A DNA stretch of 64,000 bases from the human T2T-CHM13v2.0 reference genome, Homo sapiens. Below the pieces are notes generated by a model, which saw only the letters and a program-made list of their open reading frames with translations, was not told where the DNA came from and searched no databases. The stretch lies in assembly GCF_009914755.1 (NCBI RefSeq), contig NC_060947.1. The stretch is one strand, 5' to 3'. Each line of letters begins with the position of its first letter. Position 1 is the first letter of the stretch. Shown piece by piece: positions 26,730 to 38,940 of this stretch. The translations under genes and the position numbers were made by a program.

Positions 26730-28542
26730 CCAGGTAGCATTATTGACTTTCTATTATAATAAATTAAGATTTAGCTGTCTTGTACCTCCTCTCTCTTTCT
26801 TACTGTCCCTCATCTCGTTTGTATATATGTTTATACACACATATGTGTATATCTATATAACACGTATATAGCACAATATTACTTAAATTATTAAACAGCA
26901 AGCATATAATTATTATGCCAACATTACTTGCTGGGTATAGATTATTATCAGATATATTTATTTACATTTTTAATTTCTTTAGGTTATTTTTGGCTGTTTC
27001 TTGCCTTTCATAATTTTCCAGATATCCTTATTTTATTCCAGATACTCCATCATATTATTTACCATAGCATCTTCTCTATTGAGTTTAATTTTCCTGAACA
27101 TCTTTTTCCAGAGGTTTTCACCAGTCTTCTTTTATATGGACAGATTTTTTCTAAGCTGGCCATAGAGCTGCTACCATGGGACTATTCTTGACCCTCCTTG
27201 AGTGAGACTCAATAGTTCCTAAACCCAGAACTGATATTTAGCTGGTACAAACCTTTACAACAGAGTAGCCAGCTTCCCCCTTCATTGGTTGAGAATCCAT
27301 TCTCATTAGCCTTGCAATCCTTGTTGATAAATACTTTGAACATCCTATCTTAATGAATCCAATGTCTTGTTCTTTTTTACTATACTCCATTGTACTGCTG
27401 GAAAATGTGTTCTCATAATAGAGTTTCTAAGAATCTTTCTATTTTCCACTCTGCACTTTTACTATAAATGCTTCCTCCAGGTCCTGAACATTTCTGGGGT
27501 TCTGTTAAGGATATATCGGTTCTTTTTTCCATTTTAATACAATGTTTTGTTGTAACTTATTTTATGTTGATGTTCCTTAATCATTATCTAGGTCTTTATT
27601 TGATTTTTGCGTTTTTCATTTCTTTAATTTTAATTATTAAAACCTGATCATAATGCAAAAAGCTGTTAAAAAATAATGATATTGACCTGACTTTAGAAAA
27701 AAATTATAAAATGTTCCTATAGGTTTTTGCTTACGCTTTCCCTCTGTCTTTACAGCTTATTTTTCACATACGAATTTAAGTCAAAGCATTACTATAAATA
27801 ATCCTTCTGCACCAAAGATTGAGTCAAATTAAACCTTCTGCAGAGAAATTTCTTGTTTCAACATGACATATTTAACATAATTGGAAATAACTTGAATCAA
27901 ATCTTAGGTGAAAATTGAATATAAATTGTCTGGAAGGCATTATATAGACAGGGAAAGTATATTTTAGAAACATTACTTTTCAATGCTTGGTATGTAATCC
28001 AGAAAAGCACAGCTTTAGAAAGACTTCTATGAATTTGAGAAGAGTATATAAGTGTAGTAAAAGAAAATTTAAAAATATTCTGTACAACAAAAATATATAG
28101 TTGTACTTTTTGAATTAGACAAGATATTTTGAAAGTTTTTAAATGGCAACTGATTATCTCATTTTATAGAAGGGTATCACATTCACAACTATTTGTACTG
28201 ATTTTTTAATTTTGTTTACTCATCTTCATGGACCACATATGTGGACCTGTTTTATTCTTACATTGCTTTCCTCCCTAACTTGGCTAATCAACTTTTAATG
28301 AAGACTGCCATCCATTTAGAGACCCAAGGAAAACTTCCTTTCCCAACTATTTTTCCTCCCTACCAAAACATACCACAACAACTCTTCACAAAATCTCAAA
28401 TTTTAGGAATATTTTTAAATACGGTTTTCAAACAATGTGTGATATTTAACTTGTGATTCCTTATATAACTTTTTGTATGACATATACTATATATGACACC
28501 TTTTTCCAAATAAGCTGTAAATTGTTTGAGGACAGTTATCAG

Positions 28543-28635
28543 TCACTCATTCATCAACTATTTATTGAAAACCTACTATTCATCATAGGCACTGGGAGAT
28601 ACAATAGTGAATAAAACAGCCATTTTTCTCATGGC
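28543..28635 (-). mobile_element. L2 3' tail
   Basis: cactcattcatcaactatttattgaaaacctacta..ggcactgggagatacaatagtgaataaaacag. Confidence 0.75.
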
Positions 28636-30717
28636 TGCCTAAGAACACATGTGCTGGAGTCACATAAGCCTGGGATTGAATCTGTTTCCTACTATCCGTG
28701 TGACATTATGGGGGTAATAATGACATCTACCTCATAATTTTTTAAAAAACATGAGTTTTCAGACACAGATGAGCTCTCTCTGTTAGATACTATCAGAATA
28801 ATACATAGTAGTAGTAGTTTTTTTTGCACTGTGTATCTTTGAGTGTCTAAATATGTGTTAAGTGTACTAAGTAAATATGTGAAAATTAGTTATGCAACTT
28901 AGCACTAAGGAATAGGTTAGGAAAAAGCTATTTGAGCTGGAAGTGAGTCTATTTCTCACTTCTAGGTTGTATTTTAACTGAAAAGGATTTTCAGGAAAAA
29001 AAAGTGACAAAACAAAGTTGATGAAAGTAAAATTATTATAAAGAATGTTCTTAGAAAAATATTTTAAAAACAACCATGTCCTTCCATTTATATCAAAGTA
29101 AAATTGAGGTTTCAGTGCTCCTTTAATAGCCAGCCCTTCTAAATATGTATATTTTTGGTAATGGCTTTGGGAGTACTCTTGAGACTATTAGACTTGAAAA
29201 TAAAAGAGCTTCTTATGAGCTAACAAAGCTTCATTTGAGATGCAGGTGACAGTTTAAATGGCAGCAAAAGGAATTTAGAGATGAGATTAAGAGAAATGTG
29301 ATATAAATTAAAAAATGGTGATCTTAAAATTTTTTAAACTTCTGGAACAAAAAATGTGAAAAATAGCAAATATCCTAAGGAAAATAATTTGTAAATATTT
29401 GCATTGTCTCACACAGCAAATGATCTAAACTTGAGATTGACTTAAATTGTGTTTGTCATTCTACTTGGCACTTTCTACCTGAGTATTTTGATGTATAAAG
29501 TATTTTTGCAAATTTCACATCATATGGTGTTTTCTAGCATAAGAATCTTTAAGTTCTTTATAACTTCATAAATCCAACAAAAACAGGATGGAAAATCATA
29601 ACAATATATATATACAAAGTTTTAAGATTTCTATAGATTATGTAATTGCTGTACAGGTAGACCTAGTTACAACACAATAGAATGGCTCCAAAACAGCTTT
29701 TGTATTTGATTTAACAAGGGAACTGACAATAAAGACATTTTCCATATGGAAAAATTCTAGTCTGCCTGAATAATACACTGCATCAGGTCACATGGGGCTT
29801 CTTATACTAAGAAGGTGTTCAAAAAATTTATCAGCAGCCGGAGGTGTTCTTTACTGTGATTGAATAAAATAGATTTTCCTAAGAATATGTGAAAGGAACA
29901 ATGAAGTAGAAAAAGTTTCCTACTTCTTCAAAACTGGGTGACTATAGCCACAATGAACTTGTTTGTTACCTGGCTGCAATTTCCTAAGAGGATTTTGTCT
30001 ACTTTTGATACCTATTCAGGACTATTGCTAACTATACTACTTTAAAGGAGGCACAGTTTCTAAAGAGCAATATCATTTTACCTCATGAAAAAATAAAATC
30101 TCAAAATGTCAATGATATTTTTCTTATGCTAATATCATCACCCAGTCTTTTCTTATAAATTGAGTGATTTTATCAAGAGGAAATGGTGTACCCATAGAGT
30201 TATACGGATTATTAAGATAGTTTGGGTGTCTAAAGGATGCTTCAGTGGAAATGTCCTAGTCAATTACCTTTGGGTGTGAACCAAGAGAAAGATAAACTTC
30301 CATAAGGCTCTGGACAAATGTTCTAAGTCTGGATGACAGGCAAAATAAGTTGAAAGCTTTAATTTGCATTATTAAGGGATCAAAAATTTCAATTGTTGAT
30401 CAAAGAGAAGCCTTTATCCATAAGGCCCGCAAGGCATTCTATGGGAATTTTCTAATTGTTTAACCTTTTTTATGTACCTTACAATGTTCTTCAGTTTTGA
30501 TAATCCCATGGATGTTGAAAACTTTGAAATTATCTGAAGATCATTAAACTAGTATGACAGGATGAAAATACATATGATCTGATACTAGTCCAATGCCTTT
30601 CTTATAGAATTATAGAAAAAATTTGCAAAATAAGGGATACAAATTTAAGACAACAAGAAAGAAGTCTTCTTATCAAGATGGGGACGGAATATGTTTCTAA
30701 TCCCTGATAACTGTTTT

Positions 30718-31290
30718 ATATTTTTTATCTTAGTTAAAATTTAAACAAAGTGAAATGCATACTTTTAAGTGCATAAGTTAAATTTTTTTAAAAAAAATTT
30801 ATATACCCATGTAGACATAATCCTAATCAAGATATAGAACATTTCCATAACTCCAGGAAGCTTCCCCAAGCCCACTTCTAGTCAAGTATAGTACCCATAG
30901 GCAAACATTATTCTTATTTCTAATAACAAGAATAGATTTTGCCTACTCCTAAACTTGATAAAAGTGTATTTATAAAGTGTATACAATTTTTATCTGGCTT
31001 CTTTCACTTAATATTTTTTTACATCCATCAATTTTTAAAGTAAATATTAATAGTTTCTTTTTTGCATAGTAGTAATCCTTTGTATGATTTATTGCTCTAA
31101 GTAAATAACTATGAGTAAATTATTGGGTCATAGGGTAGGTATATGTTTAACTCTATAAGGACCTGTGAAACCTTTTCAGAAGTGACTCCAAAATTTTTCA
31201 CGTCCACCAGCAAGGCATGGTAGTTTCATTTATTAACATTTTCATAAATATTTGGTACTTGTTGGTGTTTTTAATTTTATATGTTTTAGT
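30718..31290 (-). mobile_element. L1ME-type 3' region
   Basis: aatcaagatatagaacatttccataactccaggaagcttcccc...ttattgggtcatagggtaggtatatgtttaact. Confidence 0.75.
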
Positions 31291-31389
31291 ATGTGAAACC
31301 AGAAAATCTGAGACAGGTCCGAAAAGAAAGTTATACCATGAAAGACAGAATATGTGTCTCAAAAAATAAAATTTCAAAAACAATTTTCA

Positions 31390-32140
31390 GATGCAGTGAG
31401 GTGAAGTTTTGTGTGAATGTGTGCCAGCAAAGCAGTGGAGGGACACTGTGGGCAGGTGTGCACTGGTGGGGCAGAAGCTCTCCAATGGTAATGTGGGGTC
31501 TGCCTGCAAAGGAACTATGGCAGTGACCCTTGGAAAGCACCTAAGTTGGGCAGCAGAGATTGTGTTGCAAGCAGCGTGGCTAGGCAAGGACTCTGGGAGA
31601 GAACAGCATACAGTGGTGCATTCAAACTGGTCCCCTCCCACAGCAAGATAACCCTGTTTTGTCCAGGTCCACCAGTCAACAAAGGCCAAGAGTATGGTAA
31701 ATTTGGGGGCATGGGCAACAACGGCTATGCTCCACTACAGCTGTTTCCACGCCAAATGATATGGGCTCTGCACAGGCTGAAGTCTCATCCCTGCCAACTC
31801 TCCAAGCAGCTCTCTGCCACCTCAATTGTCTGTGGGGGTCATGGGGTCTTCTGTAGCTAGGACTCTGGTGGTCCTTGGTGAGAATGGGTCACTTCATGCC
31901 TATTCATCTCACTCCTTCCTGCAGAACAGCCTGGGGGCAGGAACTAGTCCTGGTGCCTGGAAATCCCACCCAAGGTTTCTGGCTTCCTCCCCCTTCATCC
32001 CAGCATTTGTGTCTTCCCTCTGTCCACTCTCAGTGCCTTTCTTCCAAAGATTTGCTCTAGTGTGCTGGTCTTCTTGGAGGCTTGGTCCCTGAGTGGAAAG
32101 AAGCTATTCTTAGCTACATCCAGTCAGCCATCTTGGCTGT
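31390..32140 (-). mobile_element. LINE-1 5'UTR (L1P4/L1M-type)
   Basis: GC-richer block ending ...cagtcagccatcttgg (reverse complement ccaagatggctgac, typical L1 5' start). Confidence 0.75.
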
Positions 32141-32908
32141 TCTTGAGACCAGATTTCTGTAGTTTTGTAACATCACATCCTTATATAAATTTCCCTAAAC
32201 AGGGTCCAGAAATTTCTATTCCTCCAGAGAGAATTTTATGACCACATCCCTGAATGACGACAGTCGTATTTCCCAGCTTCTGGCATATCCCTGCATTTTT
32301 CCTACAGATCTCCCAGTACTTGCAGGTCACAGGGCCACAGAGACTGTGGTAGAGTAACCTAGGGCCTTCTGAAGAGTAGGAGATGTAACAGTAAAGATGG
32401 GAGCAAAGCTCCTTTTGCAGCACAGGGAGACAAAGGCCAAACCCCATTTTAATGTTAGCATTTTCTAACCAAAGGGAAACTTATTATCTTGGAAGAAAGT
32501 TTCCATATTTACATTTGCCTTAATTTAAAAAAATACTTCACTCATGCAGACAATATAAAATAAATAATAAACATGTACAACATGTAAATTTTGATGACTG
32601 ACAAACTAAATTGTGAAAGAAGGCTAAGAACGTGGAAGGTAGCCTCTGGAAAAAAACCTGAAGTAGATTAAAAAATTCATGAACTTTGTTTTCATTTAAT
32701 AAATATTATCTAAATAACCTATTTTTGACTATACATACTGACTCAGAGGCTTTGATAAGTTTCTAAGAAGAAAAACGAGATTTTAAAGAAAGTGTATAAA
32801 AGTGTGCGTGCGTGTCTGTGTGTATATATACATTCTCCCTGTATTATCTGTGGCAGAAACGGTTGTCTGCTCAAAAACCACTCCCTCATTTTTCTTCCTC
32901 AAAGGTAT

Positions 32909-35900
32909 TGCTGCAGGACTTTTTGTAGTTCAGCTAAAAATAGGGTTCTTTGACCCAGGGCCACAAAAATTCAGGCTTGCAGACATTTTGAATGGTGAGT
33001 AAGACAGGGTTTTATTGTGTGAAAAGGAAGAAAAGGGGGAAACAGGGACTCTTACAAGGACAGAGTTCATTCCCTCCTCTAAAGAGGCACATCTAACTGC
33101 CATTAGATGAAGGATAAGACGAGGACTGATCTTAACTGATTCCTGCTGATAGGTGGTGCTGTTTGGGGGAAATGGCAGTCAGGGCTCCATCAGAGGCCTA
33201 TTTAAGGGTTCCCGGCAGAAGGGGCCATCATCAGAGGTTCCAGTTGCATCACCATTTGGAGTTTGACGGCCTGAAGGCAAGAACAGACAAATCGAGTTAC
33301 TAGGAAAACATGTATCAAAACTTAACAAGGGGAGGGGTAAGGACAGCTTAAAAGTTCCAAGGCCTTTTACCAGTTTGCACAGGGAGAGGGAGGCCAAAAG
33401 CCTGACTGGTATTAAAAAAACTTTACCCTACTGCCGGCATGTTGGGCTTCTAGGTTCCCTTCCCCTGAGTCCAATCCTAAGCCAATCAGTTTAGGGTTTA
33501 AAAAATGAACTCTTTCCAGTTCTGAGGATGCATCTGAGGGGAGTGTCCCATAGCATGAAGACACAATTACCTATCTGTGAAGAGAGAACCAAGGAAGAGA
33601 AAGAAAAAAAGAAGGTGCCTTTTAAAGGAGTCCCAGGGGTTCAGGATGCATTGGAAAGGGGTACGGACTGAAGATGAATGGTTACCCATCTAGAAGAGGC
33701 GAGCAGGCATCCCTGGTTCCCTTCTCCTCCTGGTAGATACCCAGGGGTAAGTGAAGGAGAGAGGGAAAAGTGTCCTCTTTCTCTTTTCCATCCTTGCACC
33801 CCTGAGTTCCAGTGACCTTGGCAGGTGCCACCATGGATGTCAAAGCAACTTGCACCCATGAAGCAGGGGGGGGCTTAGGGGTTGAAATCATCCACTCTTA
33901 CCCATGTACCGCCATCTCCCCTGATGTCAGTAGCCTTGGAGTTCCCTAGACCTCATTTATGCCAGGGATACTAACGTGGCCATTATCCATGAAACGAGAA
34001 GCCTGGGCTTGGCATAATCGGCAGGAATCAGCCACACTCACCCGTGCTCTGCCTTTTAACTTCTGTTATCATTTGCCTCTAGATCACTCAGATCCAGTTT
34101 TCCTTCCTAGGGCTTTGACCTGAAGTTTGGGATTAAGCTTGGGACAAAAATGTGTCTGGGGGGTTGCATGGGCTGAATGCTCAGGTGAAAGTGTGGAATT
34201 GAGTTCTCTTCCAACAAGGGAGAGAAAAGGATGTCTTGTGACACACTCAGATAGCTGGTGGCTATAGTTATGCTTGCTAGGATTTGGGTGCATGGTGCTT
34301 GACTTTGGTTAGCTCCCTTGGTCTTACTTTCCCAAAAAGGAAACCTCCAAGTGATGGGCATCCTATTTGTTACCATCACCTGGCAGGATTTGCAGGATAA
34401 TTGCTCAGAACTAGAATATTGATCCAGATTTCTACATTACCCATCCCTTTTGTTCTTTCTGAGCTGCAGCTGGAAATTGTTTGTTGATTCACAGGAAGAA
34501 GCAGGGTTAGTCTAAAAATACAGGCAAAAACTTTAAAACCGCTAATGAATTTAGAATTTAAAGGCAAATGTATGATTAGTTTTGGAACATATTTTCTCTC
34601 TTTCCAGTCCTCAATTTTGCTAAAAAAAAAAACATAGGACTGAATGATTTGCAAAATAGACTTTAGTCTTATACTTGGCCTGATTATTTGCATTAAGGGC
34701 AGCAAGAATAATTATTTCCACATAAGCCTTTTGGATTGGCTTTGATGGAAGTTTCTTCCACAAGGAATCTCAGATAAGACCTTTTAAAGCTGAGGCCAAC
34801 CATGGGTTTGTATCCTCAAATACCTGTGAGTTGGTTTATCCTTTCCTCTTAAGGTCCCGTAATAAACTTGGAGCTCCTGGACCCATTAGAAATTGACATT
34901 CTTTACTGACAATAGGTCAGGAACACTGTATAGGGACTGTGTAGACAAGGGTATCAGGCCAGTTTCCCCACTGGGCTTTTATTGGCTCTGCAAGTTGAGA
35001 CTGACTCCTTAAAGGGAAGCATAGCCTTCCCATCAAAGCATTGGTAAAATAACCACTCTCTCCAATTGAGTTCCATTTCAGAAGAAAAATGGATCCTTAC
35101 AGCACTGATGCAAACAACTATATTGCTATAAGAATACTCACAGATAGTTTTCAAATTTTAGAGGAACCAGGCAGAGAGAAACAAAGTCACAATAGTGAAT
35201 ACCTTTCTTAATTATTAAAGGCTTTAATATTTCAAAGTAAGTTTACTTAAATCTGAAAAAAAACAAGGATCAGCTATATTGCAAGCAAAAGTCAAAAATA
35301 TTTGCTTCAGCTTCTTGAGTTCAGTCCATTTAGTTAACTCTTGTTTTGCTTGATATTCATGAATATTTTAGTTCTTTTAGAATCTTGTACATTTTTCTTT
35401 ATTCCAATGTTACAATCTCCAAAGTTATCAGAAGCCTGCATTTGAGAGCACTTGTTAAAGTTCTACAGCTAATTATAAGCCATCTTTGAAAAGGATTCAA
35501 ACAAGACAACAATTCTCTGTGAATATGAAAATGTCCAGAGTAGTTACAGTTAGAAACACGATTCAAAGTTTGGTTATCTCCATGGTTCACAAAAACTTAA
35601 CATAACAACCTTAATTATGATTGATAGCATATACTCAGACACTGGAATTTTACAAATCCCATATAATTTTGGAACATATATTAGCATTATTCACGAACAT
35701 ACAACCTAAAGATTAAGATTGAGTATCATTTTGGCAATCCCATGTACCTAAACACGTCAAATAATCCTGTTTACCTCTTTTTTCTGGACACTTCAGGGGC
35801 CCTCTGCAGTATTCAAAAAGCCAAGCGCCAGGGAAGATAATTTTGAAACTGAAGTTTGATTTGGGGAAGGCTGTTAAATGTTCAAGGTTTAAAACACTTA

Positions 35901-37891
35901 ATATTATGAAATGGAATCCAGATTACAATAAGTTATTTATTTTGCCAAAATGATGACCCAGAAGTTTTAAAAAAGAAAAAAGCTTTTATAACCCTTTACA
36001 AATTTTGCCAAAGAGCAGATTAGCGTCTTAGGAATACCTTGTTATGCTTTTATTTCAATGCTCAATTTACAGAAAAAACATATAATACCCTTATTTGAAT
36101 TTAGTCAATATGTTCACACAGAGAACCTCTTCTGCAAGATTAATTGCCACAATTCTTCCACCACTTCTTTGAACCTTCAGCTTTTTCCTAATTTAACTCA
36201 AAACAGTCCTTTAACCCTAGGCGAAAGTTTATATTTCCATGCCTTCTTATAACCTTTTACTAGAAAACACATGTTCTTATACACCTTGCATGTAAATTAT
36301 GCATGTTCTTATATACCTTGCATGTAAATCTATTTCTAGTTGTTTTAATTAACTCCTAGCAATTTTGAACTTTAAGGTAAAACTTGGTAAGTTGCTTTAA
36401 TTGTGTGCTAACTGCAGCCAAAGTTTGCCTTCTTAAGGGTTTGGTTAGTTCCATATGTCCCAGGCCTTACCAATTGTGAAGCGTGCAAGTCAAATAGTTC
36501 TCAAAACTCAAAAAGCAGTTTGTAACCTCAAAACACTTAGCAAATCTTGCATCTGACCTGCATTTTACCAATAGTATTAAGAGCTGGTTTCATTTCTTAG
36601 AGAATAAAGTCACGTGAACTGAAATGTAACACCGATTTTATATTCCATTTACAAAATATTATATCCAAGTTCTTGTCTTTCTTTAGGCCAAATTAATTAG
36701 AGCTCTTTTTACAGACAATATACACACTGAGAGGCAGAATACCCAGTCACTGGGTGGGGCCCTTTAAGAGACAGGGCTAGGAAAACATGCGGATATTGAA
36801 CCAGAAAGGGCTCATCCCCTAAGGTAGGATTGCTAAACAAAGCCTTGCCAAGTGGTTACCGGCCATGCCTCCAGGATGTAAAACAAGATGGAGGCTTGCA
36901 GCACAAACCATACAGACATGCAAAGCACACCAGATTGGCTGCAGCCCAAGACCAGCCCCACAAATACTTTTTCACAATTAAAGTTTTACAGAGAATATAC
37001 ACAGTGATAGCTGGGGGGCCTGGCCTAGTAAAACATTTTCTAGAAAAAAAAAAAAAAAAAAACTTTAAAGATTAACTGCTGACAGGGTGGAAAGGAGGAA
37101 AGAAAAAGAAACAGCTTAAAAATATCTGGGGAAGAATCTCTTATTCTTATGCAAATGGTTCCTCCACTGGGGAGACAAGTTTATTTGATGTGGGTTGGAG
37201 CTGACCTCCCTGATGCTGGGAGGAGGAGACTCCATTGGTGCGTGGCAGAAAACGCCAGCCAGCTGCCCATGGCACGTTGGGCCATGCGTCCGAGCTCTAG
37301 CAAGCAGGGGAGGGTGGAGGGGAACCTCTGCTTGCCCGTCCCTCCGGAAGAAGGACAGAAAAGGTCATGGAAAGGATGGGTTAGTTCCAGATCCCCAGGA
37401 GCAACAGAGCGTGGGGGTGCAGTTTCCCATAAGCTCAGAAGTCCAAGGATTTAAAGGCTTAAAAGTGACACCGAGAGGTTTTGAGTCCCCATTTCACTAA
37501 CCGTTTCTCGACCTCCACGTTGGGCGCTAAAAATGTTGCAGGACTTTTCCTTAGTTCGGCTAAAGATGGCGTTCTTTTTCCCACGGCTATGAAAATTCAG
37601 GCTCGCAGACAATTTGAATGATGAGTAAGACAGGGTTTTATTGGGTGAAAAGGAAGAAAAGGGGGAAACAGAGACTCTTGAAAGGCCAGAGCCCCTGCTA
37701 GAGGGCTTCTCACCAAGCAAATTGAATTCCAGTTTCCACACAGGAAGAGGAAGGGCCAGGCTCCTCCCTGCTGCAAATGGCATGAAGCTGTGTGGCTCCA
37801 CCCCAGTGCACATTCCCATTGCACAGGCTGGATGAAGTTTCTCCGGGGATTTTCCAGGGAACCCCCCTCCCCTTCCCACCTGGCTCTCTAA
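32909..37891 (-). mobile_element. MER61 class I ERV provirus (non-coding internal region); 5' LTR 37534-37891, deleted 3' LTR 32909-33069
   Basis: Direct repeats tg[c/t]tgcaggactttt...gtaagacagggtttt; 4-bp TSD GTAT at 32905-32908 and 37892-37895; PBS at 37512-37529; purine tract agaggagggaa next to the 3' LTR; env C-terminal remnant (QAVKLQMVMQLEP) near 33235-33273. Confidence 0.88.
37512..37529 (-). other. Retroviral primer-binding site, tRNA-Lys(CUU)-like
   Basis: Minus strand TAGCGCCCAACGTGGAGG versus TGGCGCCCAACGTGGGGC (complement of the tRNA-Lys1,2 3' end); 4 nt from the 5' LTR end. Confidence 0.75.
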
Positions 37892-38394
37892 GTATCAGGT
37901 AAAAATTCCTTGATCTCTAGGAAAATGGGCACATGCTTACTGACAGACATGTGATCCAGTTCTGTCCTATAAAAAATAAGGATAATTTTTCTGGCGTGGA
38001 GTGCTTCCCTTTCAGATACAAGATGGGCATGGGAGAAAAATTCTACTCCATGACACTACCTCTTTTGTGCCTTTGGGTGCATTTTTATGAAATGTAGTAG
38101 ATATAACCATTGAAACTATATTATGATTATGAGAAAAAGTCAGGAAAATTGCAGAGATAACTATTCAAAGCCCTGACCTTGTTAAGATACTAAACAAGTG
38201 CCTGCATCTTACTCTCTGAAAACTAGTTATTTGGGGAAAAAAAAAAAAAAAAACCTCTTATTTAAGCCTCAGTAAGTGCACATTATGCTTCTTATAGCCA
38301 ATACATTTTTAAATTACATATTTTTTAAACTTTCATCTTATTTTTTACTCTGTGTAAATCTTTTTTCTTAGGTTTTTCTTTTGGAAAAACTTAA

Positions 38395-38792
38395 GTATTA
38401 CTAGGAAGAAATACATAAGCCTGGGCAATTTATAAAGAAAAGAGGTTTATTTGGCTCATTATTCTGCAGGCTTGAGAAGAAGCAAGACAACAACATCTGC
38501 TTCTGATGGGGGCCTCAAGCTGCATCAATACATAGTGGAAGGTGAAGGGGAGGCAGCATGTGCAGAAGTAGCAAAGGGGTGGCAGGCAGATGCCAGGCTT
38601 TTATTTTTTTACAGCCAGCTCTTGCTGGAATTAAGAGCTAGAACTCACTCATTACCATAAGGACAGAACTAAGACATTCATGAGGGATCTGTCTTCATGA
38701 CCTGAACGCCTCCCATTAGGCCCCCACCTCCAACACTGGGTATCAAATTTCAACATGAAATTTGGTGGATGACAAATATCTAAACTATAGTA
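38395..38792 (-). mobile_element. MSTB2-like MaLR LTR
   Basis: gggcaatttataaagaaaagaggtttatttggctca...ctcccattaggcccccacctccaacactggg..aaatttcaacatga..ctaaactatagta. Confidence 0.88.
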
Positions 38793-38940
38793 TGTGTGTG
38801 TGTGTATGTGTGTGTATATATACATACATATAAACATATATATACACACATATATATGTGTATATATACATATAAACATATATAAACATATATATACACA
38901 CACACACGCACACACACACACATAATATTATATATATATG
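38793..38940 (+). repeat. Complex (TG)n-(TA)n-(CA)n microsatellite
   Basis: Directly visible. Confidence 0.95.

Larger units (their letters stand above)
32849..38320 (+). mobile_element. Old MLT1 (K/L-like) LTR split by the MER61 provirus (pieces 32849-32908 and 37892-38320)
   Basis: tgtggcagaaacggttgtctgc... on the left; ...atgtgatccagttctg...cttatttaagcctcag..tatagccaatacatt on the right. Confidence 0.5.

Noticed and set aside
30180-30480. Possible ancient CR1/L3 remnant
   Set aside because: Similarity too weak to support by eye
31293-31320. tgtgaaaccagaaaatctgagacaggtc, resembling a MER4-type LTR terminus
   Set aside because: Only ~28 bp with no continuation; too short to call
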